In this document: in pieces, positions 18,233 through 26,475 of the stretch
Layout of the letters: the number at the start of each line of letters is the position of its first letter
How positions within the stretch are numbered: position 1 is the stretch's first letter
Assembly: GCA_026002795.1 (NCBI GenBank)
Contig: BPGA01000001.1
Location: 270,001 to 302,000, forward strand
DNA: 32,000 nt
Source of the DNA: Candidatus Saccharimonadota bacterium
GTDB taxonomy: Archaea > Nanobdellota > Nanobdellia > Pacearchaeales > GW2011-AR1
Direction of reading: 5' to 3'
Made by a program: the position numbers and the translations under genes
Notes under the pieces: model-generated
What the model saw: only the letters and a program-made list of their open reading frames with translations
What the model was told of the DNA's origin: nothing
Databases searched by the model: none

Positions 18233-18769
18233 ATGCAGAAAGAAGAGTATGCAATAATCTTAGAGTACTTGCCACATGGTTATCCTTTAGAGAAAAAAAT
18301 GATACCTATAGCTCAGGCTATAGGAGAACAGAATTTAACTTTACTAGAATTAGTTCCTAGAAGAGGAATTTCTCTTGAAATTGGAGAAAGAGTTTATATA
18401 GGTCCTGGTAAAAGAGATAAAATATACTATATTTTAGGAAGGCTTTCTAAAGATAGGCTTACAGAGGCCGCGAGAAACCAATTACAAGAGTTTATAAAAA
18501 AAATTGTAAAAGAAAGAGAAAGCGATTTTGTTAGATTTTTTAATGAATCACAGGCAATAAACAAAAGAGTACATCAGATAGAGCTTCTTCCTGGATTTGG
18601 AAAAAAGCATATGCAAGAGATTTTAAAACAAAGAAAAGAAAAACCATTTACAAGTTTTGAAGATATGAAAAAAAGAATAAGTAATTTGCCAGATCCTGAA
18701 AAAGCTATAGAAAAAAGAATAATTCAAGAGCTAACTTCAGATGAAAGGCATTTACTTTTTGTTAAATAA
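18233..18769 (+). CDS. DUF655-family putative nucleic-acid-binding protein (HhH)
   Basis: EEYAIILEYLPHGYP N-terminus and HQIELLPGFGKKHMQEIL HhH motif. Conserved position after rpoF. Confidence 0.8.
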   Translation: MQKEEYAIILEYLPHGYPLEKKMIPIAQAIGEQNLTLLELVPRRGISLEIGERVYIGPGKRDKIYYILGRLSKDRLTEAARNQLQEFIKKIVKERESDFVRFFNESQAINKRVHQIELLPGFGKKHMQEILKQRKEKPFTSFEDMKKRISNLPDPEKAIEKRIIQELTSDERHLLFVK

Positions 18770-18824
18770 ACTTTAGACAGACTTAAAGAGTAAAAATTAA
18801 AAAGCTTTGTTTTTTGCTGAGAAG

Positions 18825-19295
18825 ATGAAAGAAATACAAAAGCAAGAAAAAAAAGAAGATCAAGAAAGAATAGTTAGAATTCTTTCTCAAGACATAAAAG
18901 GCAGTATGGATGTTTATTCTGGTTTAACAAAAATTAAAGGAATTTCTTGGAGTATGTCAAACGCAATTTGCAATTCTCTTGGAATTGATAAAAAAAGAAA
19001 AATAAGCTCTTTGACAGAGGATGAAATTAAAAAAATTTCTGATTTTGTAAAAAATCCTCAATTGCCTAAATTTTTAGTTAATAGACCGTTTGACTTTAGT
19101 ACTGGAAAAGACTTACATTTGATTGGTTCTTCTTTAGACTTACAAACAGAATTTGATATAAAAAGGCTAAAGAAAATTAAAAGTTATAGAGGAATTCGTC
19201 ATGCAATGGGTCAGCCAGTTAGGGGTCAGAGAACAAAAAGTCATTTCAGAAAGAACAAGATAAAAGGTGTTGGTCTGAAGAAAAAGAAAAAATGA
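18825..19295 (+). CDS. rps13: 30S ribosomal protein S13 (uS13)
   Basis: IVRILSQDIKG...LTKIKGISWSMSNAICNSLGID...YRGIRHAMGQPVRGQRTKSHFR. The start was set to the ATG at 18825 rather than the upstream TTG. Confidence 0.9.
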   Translation: MKEIQKQEKKEDQERIVRILSQDIKGSMDVYSGLTKIKGISWSMSNAICNSLGIDKKRKISSLTEDEIKKISDFVKNPQLPKFLVNRPFDFSTGKDLHLIGSSLDLQTEFDIKRLKKIKSYRGIRHAMGQPVRGQRTKSHFRKNKIKGVGLKKKKK

Positions 19296-19792
19296 AAAGA
19301 AAACATAAGAAATACTCAAAACCTAAAAAACCCTATGATAGAATAAGAATAGAAGAAGAAGCTAAAATAATTAAAGAATTTGGATTAAAAAATAAAAGAG
19401 AAATTTGGAAAGCAGAAGCTAAAATTAATTCAATAAGAGAAAAAACAAAAAAATTGCTTCTTGCGCCCGAAGAAGAAAGGATCTCTTTTTTTAAGAGATT
19501 AAAAAAAATAGGTTTAAATGTTAATTCTATTTCTGATGTTTTATCATTAGACAAAAGAGATTTTTTAAATAGAAGGCTTCAAACAATTGTTTTTAAGAAA
19601 AGATTAGCTCCAACAATAAAAGCAGCTCGACAATTAATAGTTCATAAAAAGATTCTTGTTGATGGAAGGATTGTAGATAGGCCTTCGTATATTGTTCCTT
19701 TAGATCTTGAAGATAAAATAGAGAGAAAAGATAAAAAAAGAAAAGATTTAGAAGAAAATCAAAAATTTAAAGAAGAAATTTTAGCAAAATGA
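19292..19792 (+). CDS. rps4: 30S ribosomal protein S4 (uS4)
   Basis: KKYSKPKKPYDRIRIEEE...FLNRRLQTIVFKKRLAPTIKAARQLIVHKKILVDGRIVDRPSYIV (S4 domain). Confidence 0.9.
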   Translation: MKRKHKKYSKPKKPYDRIRIEEEAKIIKEFGLKNKREIWKAEAKINSIREKTKKLLLAPEEERISFFKRLKKIGLNVNSISDVLSLDKRDFLNRRLQTIVFKKRLAPTIKAARQLIVHKKILVDGRIVDRPSYIVPLDLEDKIERKDKKRKDLEENQKFKEEILAK

Positions 19793-20289
19793 AAAGTACA
19801 GCAAAACAAAAAGAAGATTTTGATGAAGGTATAGAAATGGAAAACATAGAAAACGAGGATCTTTTTGAAAAAACAAAAGATAAAGAAGAAGTAAAAAAAG
19901 AAGAAAAGAAGAAAAGAGAGATAGAAGCTATAATAAATATTTATTCTTCTTTTAATAATACAATAGTTCATGCAACAGACATGTCTGGAAAAACACTAAT
20001 TAAAGTAAGTGGAGGAATGGTAACAAAACATGGAAGACTAAAGGCAAATCCAACAATAGCTATGTTTATTGCAAAAAGAGTTTCAGATGCTCTAAAAGAT
20101 TTGGGAGTTACTTCTTTATTTTTTAGAGTAAGAGCAAAAACAAGAAATCCTGCACCAGGACCGGGAGCAAGTGCTGTAATTAAAAGTCTTTCGAGGGAAG
20201 GATTTAAAATTTTAAATATACTTGATACTACAAGATTCCCACGTGGAGGACCAAAGAAAAAAGGAGGAAGAAGAGGTAGAAGACCTTAA
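19789..20289 (+). CDS. rps11: 30S ribosomal protein S11 (uS11) with an acidic/lysine-rich N-terminal extension of about 45 aa
   Basis: IINIYSSFNNTIVHATDMSGKTL...GPGASAVIKSLSREGFKILNILDTTRFPRGGPKKKGGRRGRR. Confidence 0.9.
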   Translation: MKSTAKQKEDFDEGIEMENIENEDLFEKTKDKEEVKKEEKKKREIEAIINIYSSFNNTIVHATDMSGKTLIKVSGGMVTKHGRLKANPTIAMFIAKRVSDALKDLGVTSLFFRVRAKTRNPAPGPGASAVIKSLSREGFKILNILDTTRFPRGGPKKKGGRRGRRP

Positions 20290-20325
20290 CAATAATTTTA
20301 AAAATAGAAGTTTCAAAATTTAAAA

Positions 20326-21051
20326 ATGGAAAAACTAGAAAAGACAGAAAATACATTAGCTTTTAAAGCAAAAATTGAAGATGTCTTAATAAATTCTATA
20401 AGAAGGTATTTAAATCAGATCCCGATAATGGCTATTGATGAGGTTGAAATCTCTGTAAACGATTCTCCTCTTTATGATGAAACAATTGCTCATAGGCTTG
20501 GATTAGTTCCTTTAAAAACAGAAAAAAATACTAAAGAAGGAGATAGTGGTGTTTTAAAGTTAAATGTTAGTGGGCCTGGTTTTGTTTATTCGGGAAATCT
20601 TAAAGGAGAACCTCAACCGTCTTATAAAGAAATTCCTATAACTTTTTTAGAGAATAAAGGAGAGTTAAATTTAGTTGCTAAAGTAAGAGCTGGAAAAGGC
20701 ATAGAACATGTAAAATTTTCTCCAGGTTTGCTTTTTTATAGAGAAGTTGCTGAAATAACTCTTGATAAAGATCTTTTTAATGAAGTTAAATCTTTATGTC
20801 CTCACAATGAAATTAAAGAAAAAGGAAATAAAATAATTATCTTGGATAATAAAAGGAAAGAGATAAAAGATTTGTGTGAAGGAATTGCTTTAAAAAAGAA
20901 AAAAACTGCTGAAACTAATTATTCAGATGAAAAAATCGTTGTTTTAGAATCTTTTGGTCAAATGATGCCAGAAGATATATTTAAGAGGTCTATAGAAATA
21001 TTGAAAAAAGATTTAGATGAGTTAAGGAAAGAAGTAGAAAAAAACCTATAA
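20326..21051 (+). CDS. rpoD: DNA-directed RNA polymerase subunit D (Rpo3)
   Basis: INSIRRYLNQIPIMAIDEVEISVNDSPLYDETIAHRLGLVPLK is the RpoD/Rpb3 dimerisation-domain signature. It sits in the conserved position after S11. Confidence 0.88.
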   Translation: MEKLEKTENTLAFKAKIEDVLINSIRRYLNQIPIMAIDEVEISVNDSPLYDETIAHRLGLVPLKTEKNTKEGDSGVLKLNVSGPGFVYSGNLKGEPQPSYKEIPITFLENKGELNLVAKVRAGKGIEHVKFSPGLLFYREVAEITLDKDLFNEVKSLCPHNEIKEKGNKIIILDNKRKEIKDLCEGIALKKKKTAETNYSDEKIVVLESFGQMMPEDIFKRSIEILKKDLDELRKEVEKNL

Positions 21052-21056
21052 ATTTT

Positions 21057-21097
21057 TTCTAAAGTTTTTTATATTCTTCAGAATTTCTTTTTTTAAA
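21057..21097 (+). promoter_or_regulatory. tRNA-Leu promoter (TTTTATAT at 21067-21074), copy of 15621-15661
   Basis: aaagttttttatattcttcagaatttctttttttaaa lies immediately 5' of the tRNA. It matches the other tRNA-Leu upstream region at 36 of 37 positions. Confidence 0.6.
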
Positions 21098-21181
21098 GCG
21101 GGAATGCCAGAGTGGTCAAATGGGACGCGCTAAGGACGCGTTGGCTTAGTGCCTGCGAAGGTTCGAATCCTTCTTCCCGCA
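21098..21181 (+). tRNA. tRNA-Leu, class II, anticodon loop CTAAGGA (apparent anticodon AAG)
   Basis: 84 nt: acceptor GCGGGAA/TTCCCGC. The anticodon stem ACGCG/CGCGT and variable arm are identical to the 15537-15620 copy. The loop reads C-T-A-A-G-G-A. Confidence 0.8.
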
Positions 21182-21298
21182 TTTTTTTATTTGTTTTTAC
21201 AAAAAACTTTATAAACAAAGATTAGATTTAATGAAATAAGAATAAAACCTGCGAGTGATGCGTTAGCAGGAGAGAATTCTTCTGTTAACTTAAGTAAA

Positions 21299-21673
21299 AT
21301 GAAAAGTAAAACTAAAATTAAAAAACAAGCAAGTAAAAAGAATAATCCAGAGTTATTAAAAACAATTAGAGCTGCCGAAAAGACAAAAAATGACTTTTGG
21401 TTAAAAATAGCTAGTATAATGTCTTATCCAAGAAGAAAAAAAATTGTTGTAAACCTAAAGGACATTGAAAAATTATCGAAAGAGGGAGAATCTATTGTTG
21501 TTCCTGGCAAGGTTTTATCTATGGGAGAAATAAGAAAAAAAATAAGAATAATTGCTTTTTCATTTTCAAACTCGGCAAAAGAAAAAATACTCAAATCAAA
21601 TTCAGAAGCTGTTTATATTATAGATGAAATTAAAAAAAATCCTGAAGCTAAATCATTAAAAATTATAAAATGA
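21299..21673 (+). CDS. rpl18e: 50S ribosomal protein L18e
   Basis: NPELLKTIRAAEK...FWLKIASIMSYPRRKKIVVNL..IVVPGKVLSMGEI...IIAFSFSNSAKEKI. Conserved position after rpoD. Confidence 0.85.
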   Translation: MKSKTKIKKQASKKNNPELLKTIRAAEKTKNDFWLKIASIMSYPRRKKIVVNLKDIEKLSKEGESIVVPGKVLSMGEIRKKIRIIAFSFSNSAKEKILKSNSEAVYIIDEIKKNPEAKSLKIIK

Positions 21674-22062
21674 AAATAATAGATGGAACAAATGCTATTT
21701 TAGGAAGGCTTGCTAGTTATGCAGCTAAAGAAGCATTAAAAGGAGAAGAAGTGGTGATTGTAAATTGTGACAAAGTAATTGTTTTAGGAAATAAAAAAAA
21801 CATAATTAAAGAGTTTCAAGAAAAAAGAAAAAAAGTTGGTTCTAGTCAGAAAGGGCCTAAATACTCAAAAAAAACTGAGATGATTGTTAAAAGAACAATT
21901 AGAGGAATGTTGCCTAATTTTAGATTTGGAAGAGGAAAAGAAGCTTTTAAAAGAATAAAATGTTATTCGGGATTGCCGGAAGAATTTAAAGATAAAAAAA
22001 AGATTGTTGCTGGAAAAGAAAAGAAGACTAAATTTGTTTATCTCTCAGAAATTTTTAAGTAA
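21670..22062 (+). CDS. rpl13: 50S ribosomal protein L13 (uL13)
   Basis: IIDGTNAILGRLASYAAKEALKGEEVVIVNCDKVIV...TIRGMLP. Confidence 0.9.
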   Translation: MKIIDGTNAILGRLASYAAKEALKGEEVVIVNCDKVIVLGNKKNIIKEFQEKRKKVGSSQKGPKYSKKTEMIVKRTIRGMLPNFRFGRGKEAFKRIKCYSGLPEEFKDKKKIVAGKEKKTKFVYLSEIFK

Positions 22063-22064
22063 AA

Positions 22065-22469
22065 ATGAAAGAAATTATAGTAACATCTGGAAAAAGAAAA
22101 ACATCTATAGCTAAAGCTTTTATAAAAGAAGGAAATGGAAAAGTTACTATAAATAAATTTCCTTATGAAAATTTAAATTTTTTTGATAAGCTTAAAATAG
22201 AAGAGCCATTAAGAATTGCAGAAAATATCTTAGGACATAAGAATTTTGATATAGAAGTAAGAGTTAAAGGAGGTGGCGATAAAGGAAGAATTGAGGCTTC
22301 AAGAGTTGCTATAGCAAGAGCAATAGTCTCGTTTACAAAAAATAAAGATCTAGAAAAAGCTTATCTTAATTATGATAGAAATCTTCTTGTAGCTGATGTA
22401 AGAAGAAAAGAAGCTTACAAGCCTGGAGATAGTAAAGCAAGAAAAAAGAGACAAACCTCTTACAGATAA
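22065..22469 (+). CDS. rps9: 30S ribosomal protein S9 (uS9)
   Basis: TSGKRKTSIAKAFIKEGNGKVTINK...VRVKGGGDKGRIEASRVAIARAI...ADVRRKEAYKPGDSKARKKRQTSYR. Confidence 0.9.
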   Translation: MKEIIVTSGKRKTSIAKAFIKEGNGKVTINKFPYENLNFFDKLKIEEPLRIAENILGHKNFDIEVRVKGGGDKGRIEASRVAIARAIVSFTKNKDLEKAYLNYDRNLLVADVRRKEAYKPGDSKARKKRQTSYR

Positions 22470-22475
22470 AAAAAT

Positions 22476-22988
22476 CTATTTTAAATTTAACTTTTCTAAT
22501 TTATCTTGAGCTTTATTAAAAAGAACAATTGGAACAATTGGTTCATGACTTCCCTGAAAAACTTGTTTATTGAATTTAATTTTTCCTATATAAGTAAAGT
22601 TTCTTAATACTTTTTTTAAGCCGTTTACTGAAAGATTGTGTTTTTTTGCTAGTTTATTTAATGAGATATTTTCATTTACAAATTCATTAAAAATGTCAAA
22701 AACTTCTTTTGATTTTTCAGATGGAATTAACTTGCCTTCAATTATTTTATAACCTAAAGGAGCTCTAGAAACAACAAGACCTTTTTTTGCTTTTTCAAAC
22801 ATTCCTTTTTTTTGTGGATTTGGTTTTTTGTTCCTATATGTTTCTAAAACAGAATAATCAATTTTTTCTTCTACATAATTAAAAAAACTTTTTTCATCAT
22901 TAGGAGAGAAATAATAACAAATCTCGCACAAAGGAATTCCAAACTTTTTTTTGTAGATAGACTTAAAACCGCACTTTTCACAAATCAT
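22476..22988 (-). CDS. zinc-ribbon plus 'Recombinase' (PF07508-like) domain protein lacking a resolvase catalytic domain
   Basis: The N-terminus has CEKCG...CEIC. After it, APLGYKIIEGKLIPSEKSKEVFDIFNEFVNENISLNKLAKKHNLSVNGLKKVLRNFTYIGKIKF..GSHEPIV...FNKAQ follows the large-serine-recombinase 'Recombinase' domain pattern. No Ser-catalytic N-terminal domain is present. Confidence 0.55.
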   Translation of the reverse strand: MICEKCGFKSIYKKKFGIPLCEICYYFSPNDEKSFFNYVEEKIDYSVLETYRNKKPNPQKKGMFEKAKKGLVVSRAPLGYKIIEGKLIPSEKSKEVFDIFNEFVNENISLNKLAKKHNLSVNGLKKVLRNFTYIGKIKFNKQVFQGSHEPIVPIVLFNKAQDKLEKLNLK

Positions 22989-23120
22989 AAAAAATAAAGA
23001 AGAATTAAATTATAAAAATTTATTTAGTTTTACAATAGCTAACTTTATAAAGGCTTTTTATTTGTTATTTTAAGATGAACGAGTTTTTCTTGTTCTTCTA
23101 AGAATAAGAAGTAAGATAAA

Positions 23121-23375
23121 ATGAGTAAGAGAATTTATATAGGAAATCTTCCATGGAAAATAGATAAAAAAGAGCTTGAAAAAATTTTTAGTGTTTTTGG
23201 AAAAATTGAAGATGCTATTGTAATTATTAATAGACATACAGGAAAATCTAAAGGTTTTGGTTTTGTAACTTTTTCTGAAGATAAAGATGCAAGAAAAGCC
23301 ATAGATGAGATGAATGGAAAAGAAGTTTTAGGAAGAAAAATCCTAGTTAAAGAAGCAAGGCCTCTCGGAATTTAA
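23121..23375 (+). CDS. RRM-type RNA-binding protein
   Basis: RNP-2 IYIGNL and RNP-1 KGFGFVTF, in a single 84-aa RRM domain. Confidence 0.85.
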   Translation: MSKRIYIGNLPWKIDKKELEKIFSVFGKIEDAIVIINRHTGKSKGFGFVTFSEDKDARKAIDEMNGKEVLGRKILVKEARPLGI

Positions 23376-23445
23376 AAAATTACAAATTAAAAACCTAACT
23401 TATGATAATAGATAGTTTTTTAATTTATAGAATATATTTATTTTT

Positions 23446-25068
23446 ATGAATTCGGCTTTTATATTGGTTTTGGCTTTAGTGTGGTTTTATTTTGGTTATA
23501 GAGTTTATGGAAAATACATTGAAAAAAAAATAAAGGTCTCTGACAAAAACAAAACTCCTTCTATGAAAAGAAAAGAAGGAATTGACTTTTCTCCTTCTAA
23601 AAAACCTTTTTTGGTTGGACATCATTTTGCTTCTGTTGCAGGAGCGGGTCCGATTATAGGGCCTATTCTTGCAATAAGTTATTTTGGATGGGCTCCAACG
23701 ATTTTATGGGTTTTGTTAGGGGCTGTACTGATAGGTGCTATGCATGATTATGTGTCTTTAATTGCGTCTGTAAGAAATGGTGGAAAAAGTGTTTCTGTAA
23801 TAACGAAAAAATATTTGAATAAAAAAGTTGGATTTGTTTTTGGAGTTATGATTTGGATAACTCTTATTTTGATAATCACTGTTTTTAGTGTTTCTTCTGC
23901 TGAAAGTATAATAGCAAAACCAGATTTAGTTATTCCTTTAATTTTTATTACATTTCTTGCTTTACTCTTGGGTTATGGAGTTAAAAAATATAATTGGAAT
24001 TATAAATTAGTCAGTATTATCTTCTTAATTTTGATTTTCTTTTCTGTTTGGTTAGGAACTTTATTTCCTATAAATGTTAGTATAAAAAACGAGTCTTTTT
24101 TAAGGATTTTTTGGATAACTGTAATTTTTGTTTATGCGTTTTTAGCTTCTGTTTTGCCTGTCTGGCTTCTTTTAAGACCGAGAGATTATTTAAGTGCAAT
24201 ACAAATGATTTTAATTTTGATTTTTGGAGTTTTGTGTTTTTTAATTGCAAGGCCAGTAATAAATGCTCCTGCTTACATATCTAATGGTGTTTTTCCGATA
24301 TGGCCAATACTATTTATAACAGTTGCTTGTGGTGCTGTTTCTGGTTTTCATGGTTTAGTTTCTTCTGGAACAACAAGCAAGCAATTATCAAAAGAGAGTC
24401 ATGGAAGAGCAGTTGGTTATGGAGGAATGCTTTTAGAAGCTCTTTTAGCTATTTTTGTTAGTGTTGTTGTTATATCTGGAGTTTCTTGGGGCAATAATCA
24501 AGGCGGTTTCCAATTCTATCTTCAAAAAGGGTGGATAAATTTATTTTCAACTGGATATGGAAACATTGTTTCAGGTGTTTTTCCGCTGATTGGTTTTAGC
24601 ATTGCTTCATTACTTGGTGCTTTTATGGTAAATCAGTTTATCCTTACCTCTGTTGATACCTCTACAAGGCTTGGAAGATTTATAATTTCAGAACATCTTT
24701 TCACAAAATTTCAAAACAGGTTTTTAACAACTCTTGTAACTCTTGTTCCTGCTTGGTTAATTGCAATAACAAACTCTTATGAAACATTATGGAGATTATT
24801 TGGAACTTCAAATCAGCTAATAGCTTCTATAACAATGATGGGGGTCTCTTCTTACTTTATCTCTAAAGGAATAAAAACAAGATTCATATTGATACCTGCG
24901 ATTTTTGTTTTAATAACAACTCTTTCAGCGCTTCTTTTCTTGACTTTTAGACCGGGAGGTTATTTTTCAGAAGGAAACTTTTTTCTTGTAGTGGCTGCAA
25001 TGATTATGTTTTTTTTAGGATTTTATGTAGCGAAAGAAGGATTTAAAATTTTAAAAAAAGAAGCTTAA
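23446..25068 (+). CDS. cstA: carbon starvation protein A family transporter
   Basis: N-terminal WFYFGYRVYGKYIEKKI, HHFASVAGAGPIIGPILA and GAMHDYVSL motifs. Polytopic membrane protein. Confidence 0.85.
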   Translation: MNSAFILVLALVWFYFGYRVYGKYIEKKIKVSDKNKTPSMKRKEGIDFSPSKKPFLVGHHFASVAGAGPIIGPILAISYFGWAPTILWVLLGAVLIGAMHDYVSLIASVRNGGKSVSVITKKYLNKKVGFVFGVMIWITLILIITVFSVSSAESIIAKPDLVIPLIFITFLALLLGYGVKKYNWNYKLVSIIFLILIFFSVWLGTLFPINVSIKNESFLRIFWITVIFVYAFLASVLPVWLLLRPRDYLSAIQMILILIFGVLCFLIARPVINAPAYISNGVFPIWPILFITVACGAVSGFHGLVSSGTTSKQLSKESHGRAVGYGGMLLEALLAIFVSVVVISGVSWGNNQGGFQFYLQKGWINLFSTGYGNIVSGVFPLIGFSIASLLGAFMVNQFILTSVDTSTRLGRFIISEHLFTKFQNRFLTTLVTLVPAWLIAITNSYETLWRLFGTSNQLIASITMMGVSSYFISKGIKTRFILIPAIFVLITTLSALLFLTFRPGGYFSEGNFFLVVAAMIMFFLGFYVAKEGFKILKKEA

Positions 25069-25199
25069 AAATTTTTATTGTTATATAAAACAATTAACAA
25101 AGCTAAAATAGCAAATAACCAGTGTATTGTAAATCCAAGAATAAAAAAGATTAAAGAAAGAACTGCAAAAAATAAAAGTTTCTTTTTTATTTTTTTCAT
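25065..25199 (-). CDS. possible 44-aa small membrane protein
   Basis: Hand-translated as MKKIKKKLLFFAVLSLIFFILGFTIHWLFAILALLIVLYNNKNF. Its ATG overlaps the ogt stop as ATGA. There is no other support. Confidence 0.3.
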   Translation of the reverse strand: MKKIKKKLLFFAVLSLIFFILGFTIHWLFAILALLIVLYNNKNF

Positions 25200-25516
25200 T
25201 TTTTAAATGAATAAATAAATTTTTTTAAGTTAATTTTTCCATTTCTAATTTCTATTCCTTCTTTTTTTAAGATTTCAATTTTTTTCTTTCTTCCTAAATA
25301 AAAGTCACCAACATCTCCGTTGGTTTTAATAACTCTATGACAAGGAATTTTTCCTTTTTCTGATCCGGGAAGAGGATTTTTTCTTAAAGCATTTCCTACT
25401 GCTCTATATGCTTTAGTATTTAAAGCTAAAGCAATTTCTTTGTAAGTTGTGACTTTTCCTCTAGGAACTTTTTTAAGAAAGGAATAACATCTTTCTGCAA
25501 ATGTTTTTTTATTCAT
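25196..25516 (-). CDS. ogt: methylated-DNA-protein-cysteine methyltransferase, C-terminal catalytic domain only
   Basis: KVTTYKEIA...RAVGNALRKNPL...IPCHRVI carries the PCHRV active site. At 106 aa it lacks the N-terminal domain. Confidence 0.85.
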   Translation of the reverse strand: MNKKTFAERCYSFLKKVPRGKVTTYKEIALALNTKAYRAVGNALRKNPLPGSEKGKIPCHRVIKTNGDVGDFYLGRKKKIEILKKEGIEIRNGKINLKKFIYSFKK

Positions 25517-25526
25517 AATTAAAAAT

Positions 25527-26351
25527 TTAAAGAGTTTCTATTGGGCTTTTTATTTTTTTAAGCTCTTCTTTTGAGATATGTGTATAAATTTCTGTTGTTG
25601 AGATAGAACTATGTCCGAGAAGTTCTTGTATCTTTCTTATATCTGTGCCGTTTTCGAGTAAGTGTGTAGCAAAGCTGTGTCTTAAAGTGTGTGGAGAAAT
25701 TTGTTTTTTTATTCCTGCTTTTTTTGCTGCTTTTTTGACTATCTTTTGTACATTCCTCTCAGACAACTTTCCTTTTGGTCCTGAAAACAAAAATTCTTGA
25801 TTTTTATTTTTTTGTTTTTTAATTTGTTTTCTTAATTGAGGAATAAGCATTGAAGGAATATTAAAAAACCTGTCTTTTTTTCCCTTACCTAATTTTATTT
25901 TTCCAATTTTTTCTTCTAAAGAAAGATCTTCTATTTTCAAGTTTATTAATTCAGAAACCCTTAGTCCACAAGAGTACATTAAAGAGAGCATTAGTTTAGA
26001 TTTTTTATTTTTTACAGATGAAAGAAGTCTTTTTATCTCTTCTTTTGTCAAAACCTCTGGAAGTTTCTTCTCTCTTTTAGGTCTTTTTATTTCTTTTGTT
26101 ATATCTTTTTTTAAAATAGAAGAAAAAGAATATTTAATTGCTGCTAAAGAAAGTATTATTGAAGCTGCTGATTTTTGAGAAATTGTTGCTAGATATTTTT
26201 TTAGATCTTCTTCTGAAATTTCTTCTACTGGTTTGTTTACAAAATCTAAAAATTTTTTATTTTCAGATAAATAACTTTTTATTGTATTTTCTGAATTTTT
26301 TGAAATTTTTAATTCTATTTCAAGTTTCTCAAGAAATTCTTTTTTATCCAT
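25527..26351 (-). CDS. xerA: XerA/XerC-like tyrosine site-specific recombinase
   Basis: SENTIKSYLSENKKFLDF core-binding domain, GLRVSELINL, and HTLRHSFATHLLENGTDIRKIQELLGHSSISTTEIYTH (the R..H-x-x-R..Y catalytic set). Confidence 0.85.
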   Translation of the reverse strand: MDKKEFLEKLEIELKISKNSENTIKSYLSENKKFLDFVNKPVEEISEEDLKKYLATISQKSAASIILSLAAIKYSFSSILKKDITKEIKRPKREKKLPEVLTKEEIKRLLSSVKNKKSKLMLSLMYSCGLRVSELINLKIEDLSLEEKIGKIKLGKGKKDRFFNIPSMLIPQLRKQIKKQKNKNQEFLFSGPKGKLSERNVQKIVKKAAKKAGIKKQISPHTLRHSFATHLLENGTDIRKIQELLGHSSISTTEIYTHISKEELKKIKSPIETL

Positions 26352-26475
26352 AAATCCCTCTTTATTATATTAAATGCAAAAATTAAATACAAAAAGAAGT
26401 TTAAATTTTTATAAGTTTTGTCACTAAGAGTTTAGATAAAATCATAAATTGTTAAATTTAAATAAATTAAAAAGT

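Noticed and set aside
18148-18360. 70-aa plus-strand ORF bridging the rpoF end and the DUF655 start.
   Set aside because: It is out of frame with two well-supported conserved genes (rpoF and DUF655) and has no recognisable motifs.
19685-19692. A second occurrence of the TTCGTATA half-site, inside the S4 gene, was considered as a partner for the lox-like site.
   Set aside because: It is only an isolated 8-mer with no inverted partner. One chance occurrence of an 8-mer is expected in 64 kb of two-strand sequence.
19759-19971. 70-aa F-rich minus-strand ORF, and 19333-19554 on the minus strand, inside the S4/S11 genes.
   Set aside because: They are mirror images of the K/E-rich S4 C-terminus and S11 N-terminal extension (poly-AAG/GAA read backwards as TTC/CTT). 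The ribosomal protein frames are unambiguous.
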